Assembly (NCBI RefSeq): GCF_009914755.1
Contig: NC_060925.1
Source: the human T2T-CHM13v2.0 reference genome, Homo sapiens
Reading direction: 5' to 3' (one strand)
Length of the DNA: 64,000 nt
Below are positions 27,400-43,306 of the stretch, piece after piece. The translations under genes were made by a program, and so were the position numbers. The notes under the pieces were generated by a model. The model worked only from the letters and a program-made list of their open reading frames with translations. It was not told where the DNA came from and ran no database searches. Position 1 is the first letter of the stretch, and each line of letters opens with the position of its first letter.

Positions 27400-27640
27400 T
27401 ATGTATTTTTGAAATCCTTTAAAAAATAATGCTGTATCACAAGCACCTTTCCCTATTATGTATTCTTCTACAGAATCATTTCAGTGGGCGTATAGTATTT
27501 CATGTTATTGATGGATCATTTGTGAAACCAATTCTGTGATGGTCACTGAGTTTGTTTGCAAGTTTTTATTATTATAATTAATGTGGCAATTAAGATCTAT
27601 ATTGCTCAAACATGACTGTGTACTTATAGATCATCTTTGT
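27400..27640 (-). mobile_element. Old L1 (L1ME-like) 3' fragment
   Basis: gcgtatagtatttcatg...gtttgtttgcaagtttttattattataattaatgtggcaatt, typical antisense L1M 3' pattern. Confidence 0.45.
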
Positions 27641-27708
27641 AAAAAAGCAGCATTAACTTGTGTTTTTAAAACATTTTTAAACAAAACTAAGTGATAAGAA
27701 ATTGATCA

Positions 27709-28017
<309 letters not shown>

Positions 28018-28195
28018 TTATTATTGCTTGCATACTTTGTAAAAGAATTTTTTCCAACCACTAGCCTCAATTATTTCTAAACTATTTTTAAACATTTATT
28101 AGATATATGGATTTGGCATATATAAGGAGTCTAGTTAGGCTTAAAACTATCTAAGGAACTACCAACTATCTAACATTTAAATAATAGAACAAAGA

Positions 28196-28804
<609 letters not shown>

Positions 28805-31800
28805 TCAGGTCCCATCGGCATTTTCCGCCAATGATAGGGAGGCATGTTTTATGCCCCTGTCTTTCTGTTGATGAGAAAGGAGCAAGTGAAGAACTCCTTG
28901 GGTCTTAAGGAACAAGGACTAGAAACCCCACAATATTAGTGTTTCTGTTTTTTGTAATGATCTGTCACCTCCTGTTTGTTTTCAAAACCCATGAGATTTT
29001 AACTCTGCATGTGTGTGTACATGTGTGTTTCTTCCCTGTTCATATTGCCTCCCTATCCATCAGAGAATATCTTAAATGCCACTGGGATACTTGATGCCAT
29101 CCCCTCCATTTGTGGGTTTGTGGGCTAGTCCAGCAACAGGCTTTGGAGAAGTTACTCGCTACTTTATTATAACATACTTAAACTCAATAGCAATTCAGGC
29201 CTTACTGGGTATTTACCTAATTTATTGTGGCAATGCGGTATTTAGACCACTGATTAAGTGAAGTTTGTCAGTATAGTTAAAAGAAATTAGAGACACTATC
29301 ATTGCTAAATCACTTTACAATTCAAAGAAGAATTGTAAACATATGAATCCATTTAATTATAATAGTGCCAATTATAAGAGAAATTGTAACGCTGGGAACA
29401 GTGGCTTTTATGTAATCATAATAATGGCATGTATTTATCTTGGTTTGGCAAGTTAGGCCTTTCTTTAATACTTGGCTTTGCCTAAATAGAATGTGGTTTG
29501 CTGAAACCCACAATAACCCCCACACCCTCCAATTTGTTATTGCAGAAAATACTGAACAATAATCATGCGGTATGAATGATTAATGTATGCATGGGTTAGT
29601 AAGTATATTTGAGGTTTAAAAAGTGTTTTTATTTACATTCTTCTGTTGGCTGAAGGTATAAAACAAATAAATATAAATCCACATGTTAAATATTCTCATC
29701 CCTTTCCATACAGATACTTGCAGTGTGAATACAATCATAGCTTTAATTCATTGTTTCTGTGCTTTTTTGGTTTACTCAACACGTGTCTTTTAAATATATT
29801 TCAACTGTAGTATTTGATAGTAATCCATTTTTTAATTTACTAAGTACTTTGAATATAGCTTCCCCAAAACATAGAAATAATCAATTTAATAATATCTGAA
29901 GATTGGCAAACTTCATTTATAATGTTGTGTTCAAATAATACTATCAGAATAACAGTTGTTTGAAGAGTGTATGTATAAAAATTACATTCTCTATTTAATA
30001 AGATTACTATTATTATTGAGGAAGAGGTGCTATCTAGTGGTATAAACAAAATTATTATGGAATTGAAACATTTCTACACTTTGGTGTCAGGGTTTTCATT
30101 TATTTCTGTTTCCTGCTTCCAGAAAGATAATTTGCAGCAGTTTCACACTGTGTATTAGTAGATGTGGAAGGAAATCCTACTTTGCTGAGAAAAGAAGGAA
30201 GGAATTTAAGTTTAAAAGGGATCTGACAAAAACTTATTTAAAAATTTTTATTTTAAGAATAAATAGACCTTCCATAGACACTTAGCATTTATTGTAAAAG
30301 CTGTATTTTATAGAGAACAGTAGAAATCCAAATCGTTGATAGTTTTGCAAGACATAGCCAAAAAGTGAAGATAAATGGTGGATTTTAAAAATTGGCATCC
30401 TGAAAGAGTTAATATTTTTATTAGTTGAAATTTGATATAAAATTGTGGGCAACCCATGACATGGTTTGGAGTACTTGATTATTCTTTTCTCAATAAATAA
30501 GAGTGGCGTACAGTTAATTTCAGCACTGTAATTGAGCAATGCATTCTGGGAAGTTAAAAAGCACTGTAAGATGAGGAAATGTTTTAGGGACTAATCATGA
30601 GAAGAAAGGAGCCTTTCATAGCCCGTATGATGCTGTTGTCAGAGCTAAAGGCAGATAATGATTCGGTAATAATGGCACATTGTGAATATTTAAGCTGAAA
30701 AGATTTGGGCAAAATGAACAGACATTGTTGGTTTGTTAAAACTGAGCGTTTGGTCTTTGGGCTTCAAAAGCACTCTGAACTCTGTACAACATTTTTGTTC
30801 ACAAATTTTCTCTAAAACAAGATACTTTTAAAATAAGTTATGTTAAACACTATCACTATATGAAGTTTTAAAGTGATCTACGTGTTTTAAGTTTTACTGT
30901 AGAAATGGATAGTGTGGGCTCTTTGTTATGGAGAAGTTTAAAAAGTTTTACGGTTTTCTTACACATATTTTAAATTTAGTTGGCAGAAGCAACACCTTTA
31001 AAGAATATTCTCATAGCAATGATGTAAAATATTAAATCTAAGTCCAAGAGTATCCAGTTGCAAAGAAAGTCAAGTAATTTGCATTATGTTTCTAAGGTTT
31101 CCGTTATACCGTTTAGAGTCTTGCAGTTGGGTTTCTATGTACCTTGCCTTTTCTCCTCATTAGCATATTTTCAACCTGTTTGTTTTCATTCTTGAATCAT
31201 CTGTTACATGCAGATGTATTCAGCTCTAGTTTCCCATTTTGGGGTGAATGTTACCAGGAGTTTAAAGGTTGAGTCCTTATAGTCTTTCTTTAACTTAGGA
31301 AAAGAAGAGAATTGAGCCCTGAGAGCTGAGAGGTATAGTTTCAAACTTACTAACTTTAATGATGGGTATTTAGAGTCAGTACCACATCTGGTAAAAAGCT
31401 AGATTCTGTTTTGCTAAAGTATAGGTAAAACACTGTTATGCTGAAATAATGCTTTATAGAACTTTAAAAATGTGATTCAATTAGAATACTCCTTTAGAGT
31501 AGGTTTTAAGACAGAATTCAACCTTCATATATGTAAGATATGTATATCTCCAGTGAGCTCTCATTTATTATATATATGCTACAGTGACATAAATAATTCC
31601 AAGTCTGGTATTTCCTTTATAAATATACTTTTCATGTGCAGTTTTATACAAAGACTGAAATGAAACAGATTTCTGAGGCTATACAAATGTTTTTTCTTGA
31701 GGAAGAAATGATTACTTATTAAAATGGCTTCACAATTTAAACCAAAATAACTTTTTTTTGTTTCTGCTCTGAAATTTTTTTGAAGGGAAAAAATGTTGCC

Positions 31801-33992
31801 GAATGTTTACACTAACATTCATTTTTACCCATATGCTTTAAATCTGTGTATTTGTTTAACCAAATATTGTTTATTTTTAGAACTGTTTAATCTTTCTTTT
31901 TAACTGGAATTTTTTAACAGCAGTTCTTTGAAAATTAAATTGAATAAAATTTCACTATTTAAAGAACATTTTCTTTAGGAGTTTTAACCAAGAAGTAAAT
32001 CATTTATTACCATTAGGTGAGACTACTCTTTGGCCAGGAAATAGAGACCAGAAGCAAAAATAAAATAGAGCAAATGTTTACCAGGAAAATGTGTTGTAAT
32101 CCAAGCATATTCTTGTGTCATTTTTTTAAAAAAAGTAGCTTTAATGAAAGGTGTCACATGCAGCTATGAGTAGAAGAACCTTTCCCTGTACTTTGCAAGG
32201 AGACAAAATATGGATTTTGATGGACCTGTACAAACTTACAGTTTTTCAGGTTTCATAAAGGGAATTGAGAATATAAAATGAGACTACTTGGAAACTCCAC
32301 AAATTTTAACTTATTTTTAGAATATAAGATAAACATTTCAAATTATATTTTAAAAATTTTATGATCACTTGTTGACTTTCTCTGAGATTCCACGATTCCA
32401 GAATTGTTTTTTTGTAAATATTTTGTCTGAATGTGGAATTCTCATTTGATAATAAACAGTAATTTTATTTAGAATGATAGCTATCCTCCACCTCTTCTCT
32501 GTATTTCTATTTATTAAAATTTACATTTTCTAATTGGACAACTCTGTGACCAAAATCTAGATCATTAGGGTGCTAAATTCTATTAACAAATACTTTGAGG
32601 TTTTCTGAGGATATCAACTAAAACTTCATCTCAGAAACCTTCTAGAAAAATTAAATTTTGTTTTAAATAATTAAAACCCATATTCAGAAACCAGCCTGTT
32701 TGAAAACTGACCTCTCTATTTACATATTACCAGAGGGTTCTTGCCTAATATGAAGAAAAAAGCTTGTGTTAGAGTTGGGTTTTATTTGGAGGTGGGGAGG
32801 ACTTTTAATGCTGATAGGATAGAATTTTACTTATTGAGATACATACAGTAAGGTCAGTTAGACACTGTGTTTAAAATAGGGAAATTATTACTTAGTTTTT
32901 AATATTAGTTTAATATTTAAAAATTAGTTTTAAAAATATATTTAAAATTAGTTTATTGTCTTGAACTTAACTTTTCAATTTAATTTTAAACAAGTTTACT
33001 TAAGTCTAACTTTTAAAAGCTCAAGTTAATATTAGCCAAAATATACTTCTTAATGCTTATCTCTTATGCTCCATAGAAAAAAGTGTGCTTTTTTGGTGAA
33101 TTAAGATTTAAATATGTATGCATACTGTTGTCTCTCTTGGAGAGAGTCATGACGCACATTAATATATTAGAGGGTCTGAGAACTTTGTTTAAACTAGCAG
33201 TAGCCAAATTTATTTGTCAGTGGAATCCTTTTTTCATGCAACCCCCATTAACCTCCCAAAACACACTTTGAGAAATTATGCCCTTAGCCTTTTCTCTGCT
33301 TTTGAGTGAAGAAACTTATTCTGATTCAGTCCTGTTGGTGTAAAAATCATCTTCCTGCTGACCCTTCTGTTTATCTGAAGCCCTTAAAAATTAATAACGC
33401 TCTAGTCTCCATTTGGTACCAAGTGCCTGGTGGTGGGGGACTCTGTCTCAGAAGCAGTGATACTTGATTCAGTTGTCTCACCTCCTCTACTCATCTATCC
33501 AGTCCATTGCAATTTACTCTAAGTACTTCAAACTGTGTCCTTGGAAGACAGAGTTGCCTGGAGCTATTCCAAGTTGGCAAAGGGATGTTCTAATAAAGCT
33601 CTTAAGTGGTACTACTTGCTGATCAAGAGCAGAGGATAAGGGTGTTGAAAATGTGATGCTGCAAAGGTCATTTCATGAGGCACTAAAGTCCATTTTTAAA
33701 AGGTCTCCACTCCTTTCACCCCATAATTTTGAGTATTGGAAAGATTTACTAATGAAGCTCTTTGCTGTGTTATCCCTGCCAAGAAACAGACTTTAAAAAT
33801 ATATTATTTTCCAGATTCATGACATAGGAATCTATTGAACCCTTCCACCTTAAGTTTGCTCCATTCCTCAAAATGTGTTTCTATCACTTATATATTTTGT
33901 TTTTTGTTTTTTTAAAAAACAAAAAAAAAAGTCTGTGAGAAGGAAATTGATTTGAAGGTTTTAGCCTAAAACACAGTAAATACTCAATGTAA

Positions 33993-34315
<323 letters not shown>

Positions 34316-37300
34316 CGTACTTTTTTTTTTTTTTTTTTTGCATGTGAAAGAGATGGAGCAACTATAGCAGGAAATTTTATTTTGTATCACCAAAAGGAAG
34401 TTTGCTTGTTCGTATCTACGATTGACATCTTCAGTACTTGCTGAATAAGCACAAATGATTCCTTTTCTATCGCAATATATATGTTTGCATCTACCTAAGA
34501 GATTTTAGATTTGTGAGTGTATGGAGCCCTCATTAGTATGAGAGATTAATTTATTTCAGTGTTTGAGCTGTTACTGAGCTTAAAATCTTAAAAAACACAC
34601 ACAATACAACACCAGCTCTGTAATCTTTTTACCGAGTAGACTATAATAATTCCAGAAGATTTAACATAGTTTATTAGATGAATGGCTTGCAACTTTAAGG
34701 GACCATAAACTTATATTTAAAAATTATCATAAGTAAAACAGGATTCTGACAGTAATGCATGTAATCTAATTCACTAATGTATCAGTTGTGAATACTTTTT
34801 AGATATCCAGTAAACTAAAATGAAACAGTGGACATACAACAAACATGTGTAACAGAAGAAAACCCAACTTTAGAAGAAAGTAGTATTTGTGTAATATTTA
34901 ATGTGGTACGATAGTAGTAGCATTACAAGATTAGTGATCAGCTGGGGTTATTAAACCAAAGTTTGCCTCATGCTGTCGACGTTAAGCAGCCACTTGGTAA
35001 AGCCTGGGAAGTAACATGTGCCTCAACAGTTAGCACTTAAAGACTGTGTTTTAACGAGTCTCCAGATATGTATTTACATGATAGACCATACTAACACCTT
35101 TTAGTGTTATCTGTCAATCAAGATTTCATAATATTCCTTTACAAAATGTATCTGCTGTCCACATCCATTATCCTACTCTACTTACTTTGTATTTTTATGT
35201 ATTTATTAGGAATTCATAGTCACCTGACCTCTTGGCAGCCATCCCTAAACTTCACATTAACCCTGCTTCTCAGGGATTGCAGGGGTCATTTTAACCCCCA
35301 TGAACCTGAAAGGTCCAAATAATTCAGTCCAAAGATGGTTGAAAAGGGATCTGCAAAGTCTCCTCCCACAAAGAAATGCTTTATTTCATGCATTTGGCAA
35401 CCAACCCCTCCCATCTTTTTATTTTTATTTTTATTTTTGGTAAAGGGATTTTACATCAGACAGATATTATTAAAAAATTTTATTTAACACTCAGACACAT
35501 TTTATTCTAAAACGAATGCTTGCTCAAGAGTCTAAGAAGGCTTCATGGGAAGAGCAAAGCAATCTAAGCCATATGTATTGGGCAGGTTGCCAGTTGTTTG
35601 CCAATATGCCCAAGCCACCTGGCTGTGCATTCAGCCAAGTATGCCATTCCGACCAGCCAGCTTTAACCTCCCGGCTGCTTTTCAGCACTTAGGAAACTCC
35701 AAAGGCCTGGGAGCTGCACTTCATTTCTCCCATGCCAATAGTTTTCACTTATACAAACTGCACAGCTACACTGACCGGTAACTCTCAAACGCCCATTTTG
35801 AATGAGCTCTCCTTTTGTTTAAAGCACCATTCACTGGTGTTGAACCAGTGCCATAAGATGAGTCTGGAGATAGCAGACTGAAACCTTTACCCATATGCCA
35901 TAGACAGACACTTTGACTGACAAGCAGCATTTTTTTCCCAAGCCTGTAGCGACAGGGTTTTGTGATTCTGGTTTGCTGAGATTTGGATTGGCTTTATTTG
36001 CCGCTGGTTTCAATTTTATTTTGGGTGGTTCTAACTTTTAAATGTTTGGAAACGTTTGTTCATTTGATTTTCCCTTTTTGTTTAGTTTAGAAATTGGTTG
36101 AGCTGTTTCATAATTTATCAAGCTTGATTTCATAATCTTTGGCAATCTAGGTCAGGAATCATGCAGAACAGGCACGATTTGATGATGGGATCTTGAAGAC
36201 TGATTCGTTCTTTTTAAAAGTCACGATAGAGAAAGCTTTACTCCTGAAAGGCGGTATTCTTTCTTTCATCAGGGCGTAAAAATTATATAATGCCTTGTTT
36301 CCCTTTTTGCCTTGGCTCCCAAGAAACTCAGAGATAAGTTTAATTCTTAACCTTGGTGAATATTTCAGCCTAAGTTTTTGCCCCCACTACTTCTCTAACC
36401 CCTGCAGTTTTTGTTCATGTTTTTCTTCTTTTATGGACTTAAATGTGTATGTGTGCTAATTTACTATATGTTTATGAACCATCTCAAATTATTTTTGGAA
36501 GGTAGATGAAGTAACCAGTAAGTAAATAAAACTTCAGATTAGAAACTTTAGTCTATTCCTAATTAAAATCTTTAAGTGGCCTTGTCTGGTATCATAAGCA
36601 GGTGTTTCAGATTCATTATCTCAGGTTTTAAATGAGGAAAGCTGTGAATATTTAAGCCTAGAAGTTTCATTATTATAAATTTTTGTGCTAGCCTTTGGAC
36701 TGACCAATTTATTATTTTCTATCACTATTGTGGTCTGTACATTCTCAAGTTGATGCCATTTCCCTCTTCCCGGCTCAATGACCACTATCTCTCAGATCTT
36801 GAAGATCTGTTTTGGCTTGGTTCCAATTTAATCAGTCTGAATGGATCCTATTGAGTAACTTGACTCATTCACCCTGCTAAAGAGAGTCTGAATACACTAT
36901 TTCTGAAGGTTTTTTTAAACCTATTATAATGTTCTTTTTTATTAGAATTGTCAGTCATTTCAGGAAAAACATGTGATCTGTATGTAAGTGTGTTTTGAGA
37001 GTCCATTTTTCATCCCATTAATAAGACCCATTCGAATTGTAGCATTTTGGCCAAAGTCCTGTGACACACTCAACAAAGCCGTGAGCAAGGTGGAGTTGCA
37101 CCAGCTCACAAGATGGATAGACAGAGCTGGGGGAAGTGTCCCAGCGGGTTTTTGCAGTCTGTCAGAGGAGCTGCAGCTGTAACCACCCATCTGTGCATCC
37201 TTGGCTTGGACTGGGCTTCAGTATTGAACACTTACCCTGAAGAAAGATGTTCAAAGAAATGGATGGTGTGGCTCAAATAATAATGGCCAAAATGTGACAG

Positions 37301-38539
37301 GGTTAATGTTGGAAGAGAAAAACTATTATGTTCCAGAAACTATGAGATTTAGCTTTTTGGCATTTCTAAAATTTTAAAATTTCTGCAGTATTCAATTCAT
37401 TCATTCATTTTGTTTTTTTCTGGACCTGGTAGAAATACTGGGCTTTCTGTATTTTTTAAAAAAAATGTGTACATGAAGGTTTTCGGTGTAATGTTAAATC
37501 CAAAAGAATCCTGAAGATCATATTAGTAGTATTTTCCCTGATTTATGTTTATATCTTATGATTTAAGCTTTCTTCGTTAGGCAGCCACATTGTATGTCTT
37601 TGCTCTCTAATGTTTATTATCTCCTCATTTATTCTGAGATATAAATTTTTCTTTTGAAAACATTTGAGTGCAACAATAAGCTCAATAATCCTGAACAAAG
37701 AAAAGACTATTAATTATTTGTGCCTTTAAAGGTTAATTATTTCAACCTTAAAAGAATCTTATAAGAACCCATTAATAAAAAAGAATGCAAATATATTGCC
37801 CAAAAAAATACACAAATTATTGTCTTTCATATAGGGGAGGAAATAAATATGTTTCATCTGAATTGTCTGAAGTAAGTCATGAATGGAGTCAGGGTAAAAG
37901 AAAAAAAAAAAGCAACGTAATTTTTTCCTTTATTGGAACCAAATTTCTTAATTCCTCTGTACAAATCAACTTGACCATTTTATTGAACTAAAAAGCATAA
38001 AATATAAGATCACGTTAAAGATATTCTTAGAAAGATAAATTACTATGTCATTTTTCTCAATATAACCCGCAAATTACTCAGTCATATATTCTGAAAATAA
38101 ATATCTTTTGTATTTATGCTTGAAATTTTGTGATATATTTATAGTGCAGTGAATTTTTCATCCCATCTCTCAAATATTTTCTCATGTACATAGGCCTCCA
38201 AAACATCATTGTTGCTCTAGGTAAGATCTTAGGAAATGTTTTATTAAAATTTCTTGTATTTGATTTTGTTTGATAAGCTCAAACAAAAATGGAATGTGAA
38301 ACTAGATGTCATCTCAAAGAGAAATCAATATTGGTTCATTTATTGAATGCCTACTATGCTAGGTGCTATAAGAATCCCATCCTTGCTCTGTGATCAAAGT
38401 CTGATTGAATCAGGAGCTGTGTGTCTTTCCTTCCTCCCCAACATGCATTTATTGCCTTTTCATTCAAATTTTAAATATTTTAAATGTTGACTTTTCTACA
38501 AAAATCTGGGATACAGGTGTGAAAACCTTACTAAAAATC

Positions 38540-39060
38540 ATGTGGAACAAAAAGAATTTGATACAATTTAGCATTGATTCCAAATTTTTTAAAACCAGTA
38601 ACAAAGGAGAATAGTATCCTTAACAGGATAAAATTATCTATGTCATGTCAACAGAAGGAATCATACTGAATTGTGAAATATTGGAATCATCTCCCCTAAG
38701 ATCAGGAAGAAAACAAAGATGGCTGCTATCACCATTATTATTTAATGTTCTTCTAGAAGTTTTGGACAATGTCATATTATATGACTTAGAAATAAGAATT
38801 ATAACTATCTGAAAGGAAGAAATGAAATTATCACTATTTGGAAATGATAGAATTATCTACCTAGACAAAAGGTTTAATTAAAAAACATTTGGAATTAATA
38901 AGAAAATTTAGCAGAAGATCTAGTTAAAAGATAAACATCCCAAAGCCAAAAATTGTGTTATATAATCATCTCCAATAAGAAGCTGTGACAGAAAAAAGAT
39001 CTCATTCAGGAGAGCAATAAAAAACAGAATATCTAGAAATAACCTTAAAATAATTTGACA
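38540..39060 (+). mobile_element. Old L1 ORF2 (reverse transcriptase) fragment
   Basis: Translates PLRSGRKQRWLLSPLLFNVLLEVLD and EEMKLSLFGNDRIIYLD; compare L1 ORF2p [21 protein letters not shown] and KLSLFADDMIVYLE. Confidence 0.88.
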
Positions 39061-39169
39061 GTAATTTGATGGAAAGACCTACTGTGAAGTGGGTGTTCTG
39101 AATTATGAGAGTTATATGAATAGGAAGGAATGGCATCTAATGGTATCACCCCTTAAATATTTCTGTCAA

Positions 39170-39905
39170 ATCATAACCTAGAAGTTATCTCTTACTCTTC
39201 TTTCATGTTTCATATCTAATCATCCACTAAGTTCCCCGAGTCCACCTTTTCATTAGCATGCAAATTAATTCCTATCCTACCCTATGTTTCCTTCAATTTT
39301 AGAACTTTATTATTTCTAACCTAGACTTTGTAACCTCTTTACTCCCAGTCTTTCCCAATCATCTATCCCTTCATTACACTACTGCCAGAGTGATCTTTCT
39401 GAAATAACAACTATTGCTCCTTTGTTAACATACCTTCATTGACTCCCTCTCACCAGCTGTATAAAGTCCACTCTCCTCACCCGCATCCCGTTTTTCACAC
39501 TTGGGCACACCCTGCTCCAGCTCTGTGTTCTAGCTGGGTTGCCATGCTTACAGTTTACCAAGGTGCTGTGCTTTACCAGTGCCTCAGTACTGCAGTGTCA
39601 GTGCAGGGCCATTGCGTCTTCTGGTTTCTCTACAGGACACTCTCCATCTAAATGGCTTCATAGTGTGGAAAACTCCAGCTCTTCTTTACATTCAGTTTAG
39701 GCATTGGATCACTTGGAAAACCATTCCACACACTTTCTTGCAGTTAGGGACTTACCTTCCCTGTTTCCTGAGAAGCTTTGTATACTTCTGCCACAGTACT
39801 TATCACATTATACTGTAGCTACTAGTGACCCCCACTAGAGTGTAAAGCTCGTTGCATCTCTAGCATGTAGCTCAGTGGCTGGCTCTTTGTTATTTGTTGA
39901 AATGT
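39170..39905 (+). mobile_element. L2 LINE 3' region
   Basis: ctgccagagtgatctttctgaaat...ccccactagagtgtaaagctc...tatttgttgaaatg, L2 hallmarks. Confidence 0.7.
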
Positions 39906-40449
39906 ATATTTTTAACAAATTTGATACTCATGAAGTTCTGTGTTTCTGAGATAATTTTATAGTTACACAGCTGTTTTCTGGGACAGTTACTTTAAAATTT
40001 CCTGGTTTTTTCTTTTGCATATTGGAACTAAGCAATGACTGGATATAAAGTATCACTATACACATATTTGATGTCACCACTAAAGTTTGACCAATGTTTA
40101 ATGGTTTTTCAGGAATAAAAATAAAGTCCTATGAATTAGGATATAAATTGTGTTTATGTTGCCACTGCTTACCATTTCTTTGTTAGATGTTATGCCTAGA
40201 TTAATGTCATTAGCTTATATGCTGAAAATGTAATCACATAATGTTTTTAAAATAGTAAATGACACAATTATTATATATATGTAAAATTCAGATCCATTCA
40301 AAAAATATCCATGTTCTTTTATATGCTTAGGACTCAACTTGGTGCTATTGTATTTAGCTATTGTAAAATAGCTCAGCCTTTAAGAAGTTTGTATATAAGG
40401 TAAGACCTGCTTATATAACAGCCAATTTAAGATTAAAAATAGCAGTCTA

Positions 40450-40655
40450 AGCTGAGTATAGTGGCACATGCCTATAGTCCCAGCTACTCAGGAGGCTAAG
40501 GCAGGAGGATTGCTTGAGCTAAGAGTTTAAGGCTACAGTGAGCTGTGATTGTAACTGAGAATAGCCACTGTACTCCAGCCTGGGTAACACAGAGAGACCA
40601 TGCCTCAGTGTAAAAAACAAACAAACAAACAACAACAACAAAAAAAAACAAAACA
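40450..40655 (+). mobile_element. FAM (fossil Alu monomer)
   Basis: Monomer retaining the 7SL-like segment ..actgagaatagccactg (7SL/FAM cctgtgaatagccactg) that is deleted in FRAM and Alu right arms; CAAA/A tail. Confidence 0.8.
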
Positions 40656-40689
40656 AGAAATAATACAACAGTATTGCATTCTGAGAGGG

Positions 40690-40810
40690 CCTATATCATC
40701 TATTTTATAGATAAGGAAACTGACTTTCAAAGAAATTCTGTGACTACTATCATTACCCAGCTGTTAGTGACGGGTTTGAGGCTGGAACCTTAGTTTTCAG
40801 TTTCTTGATT
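40690..40810 (-). mobile_element. MIR SINE fragment
   Basis: tattttatagataaggaaactgac...cccagctgttagtgac. Confidence 0.6.
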
Positions 40811-41989
40811 GAGGGCTCAAAACAGAACTCAATATGCAAAAAAGAAATGTAATGCATTGGGAAAGTATAAAGCAAGTCCACAAAGATTAAACAGAACAGA
40901 ACAGTGATTCTGGATTTTTCTAATAGTTTTTCCCTTAATTTACTTCTACGTTTGTAGAAGTAAATATTGAGTAGGTTATATCTGAATAATAAAGCATGGC
41001 ATTGGGTAGCCCTTCAGTTTTATAGGCATTCCACAACCACTAATTATGAATAATCCAAGTTTACAAATATTCCTCTGAGTGATTGGGCTAGACTCATTTT
41101 AACTAAAAGGGAAAATTAAGCCATATATATTATATATGTACATATTTATGTAAAGCATAGTATAGCAATATTACATAAAAGTTTTATTGCCATGAGTTTG
41201 AGATGACATGTTATAAGTGGTAAAGCCACAAGTGAATTATGCAGGTCATCTCAACTAAATGCCAATAAAATGTTTTTACTGTACCACATCATCCAGTATT
41301 CTGCCTATGCTACAAATTTAAAGAGAACCAATTTTAGAAATTTCCAGAGTTGTAAAAGTTTTTATTGGCACTATATTTCAAACTTGCTGGCCTGTAAATA
41401 TTAGTTCCATTAATTGTGGCAAAAATTAATGCACAGAGATTTTTTTAAAAAACACTTGTGACAGGAGTTTTTTTTAAAAAACATCTTCCTTTCCAGTTTA
41501 GTTTAGTTTTTCCTGCTCTAAGTATAAACACTTTCTACTTTCTTCCCTTTTTATGTAAGTTTTTTTCTTTTTTGAAACCCATCTCAAGCTCCATCTCCAA
41601 GAAACTCTCTGTGGGTACTTACGTCACCCCAAGTTTATTTTTCTGAACTCTTGCTTTTTCACTCATTGCTCATAAATTCATTTGGCAAGAATTTTTCGTT
41701 GGGTTTTAACCACTCTTTTAGTTCTGGTTTGTTCTATTTTTTTCTCAGAATTGTAATTGAGTGTATATTGTCTTTGCTAAATAAATTCTAAGCTCCTAGA
41801 GTGTGTATTTAGTGCCTTTATATTGTCTCTGGACTCTGGAGCACTGCTTTTTAAAAAAATGTTCTTTCTTTTTTCCCCCTCCCTCCTTGCCTTTCACAGA
41901 CATTGATTCAGTACCTACTATATTCTTGTCTAAGCTATGCATTGGATTTTGTAGATGAAAGGCAGCCTAGAAAAAATCTTATACAGAAA

Positions 41990-42152
41990 TTATTCTCAAA
42001 CTATTGTGTGCACAAAAATCACTTGGAAAGAATTGTTAAGCAAGTATTTTCCCAAGCCTTAAATGCAGAGATTCTGAACTAGAGGCCAAAGATCATGCTA
42101 CTGAATACCAGGTGATTCAGATGCAGGGAGCCCACAGACCATACTGAGAAAC
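41990..42152. mobile_element. MER5-like hAT-Charlie MITE
   Basis: ttctcaaact...aatcacttgga...cagagattctga...ccaggtgattcagatgcag...accatactgagaaac. Confidence 0.65.
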
Positions 42153-42364
42153 TCAGTTCATAGGTGACGGGAGAAAGTTCCGTAAGTTGACCGTCACGAT
42201 GCTAAGCTATTTAAAAAGGCCTGTGGTAGCAACATGCTGCAGGTATTTGAGGAGCCCAGTGAAGGGGAACCTACTGAAACTGGGGAAGTCAGAAGAGTCT
42301 CGTCATAGTTGGTGCTTACTACTTGTGCTGTGAATAGAAGAATGAATATTTGAATTTATAATTG

Positions 42365-42555
42365 GAGGAGGTGGTTGAAATCCTGGGGCCTTATGACCTT
42401 GAACAAATTCCTTAATTTCTCTGAGCCCGAGTTCCTTTATCTGTAAAATTGGGATGATAGTAACCACCTCAAAGAGGATTTGTGAGATGAAATTAATAGA
42501 CATAAGTAAAAAACCTAGCACAGTGCCGACGCAGAGGTGCTCAATCAATAATTAC
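42365..42555 (+). mobile_element. MIR SINE
   Basis: tgaccttgaacaaattccttaatttctctgagcccgagttcctttatctgtaaaattgggatgatag. Confidence 0.8.
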
Positions 42556-42778
42556 ACTTTCCCTTCTGTGCCAGCAGCCTCCTGGAGATAGCTGTGGTCT
42601 CTCCTTGGGAGGGTGTTTGGCCATGGGTCAGTGTATCCACAAAGCTACAAAATTGGTTTCCATTACATTAGTTTCAATAGTTGCTTGGCATAATTTATGA
42701 TTTTCTACTGAGAATCTATAGGTAGATCTACAGAGAGCTGTGAAGAGATCCTTGACCTCTTAACTGTTTCTTGTTTTA

Positions 42779-43306
<528 letters not shown>

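Noticed and set aside
32885-33030. AT-rich degenerate ttagttt/aatatt repeats
   Set aside because: Ordinary low-complexity sequence with no defined unit or spacer structure; not CRISPR-like
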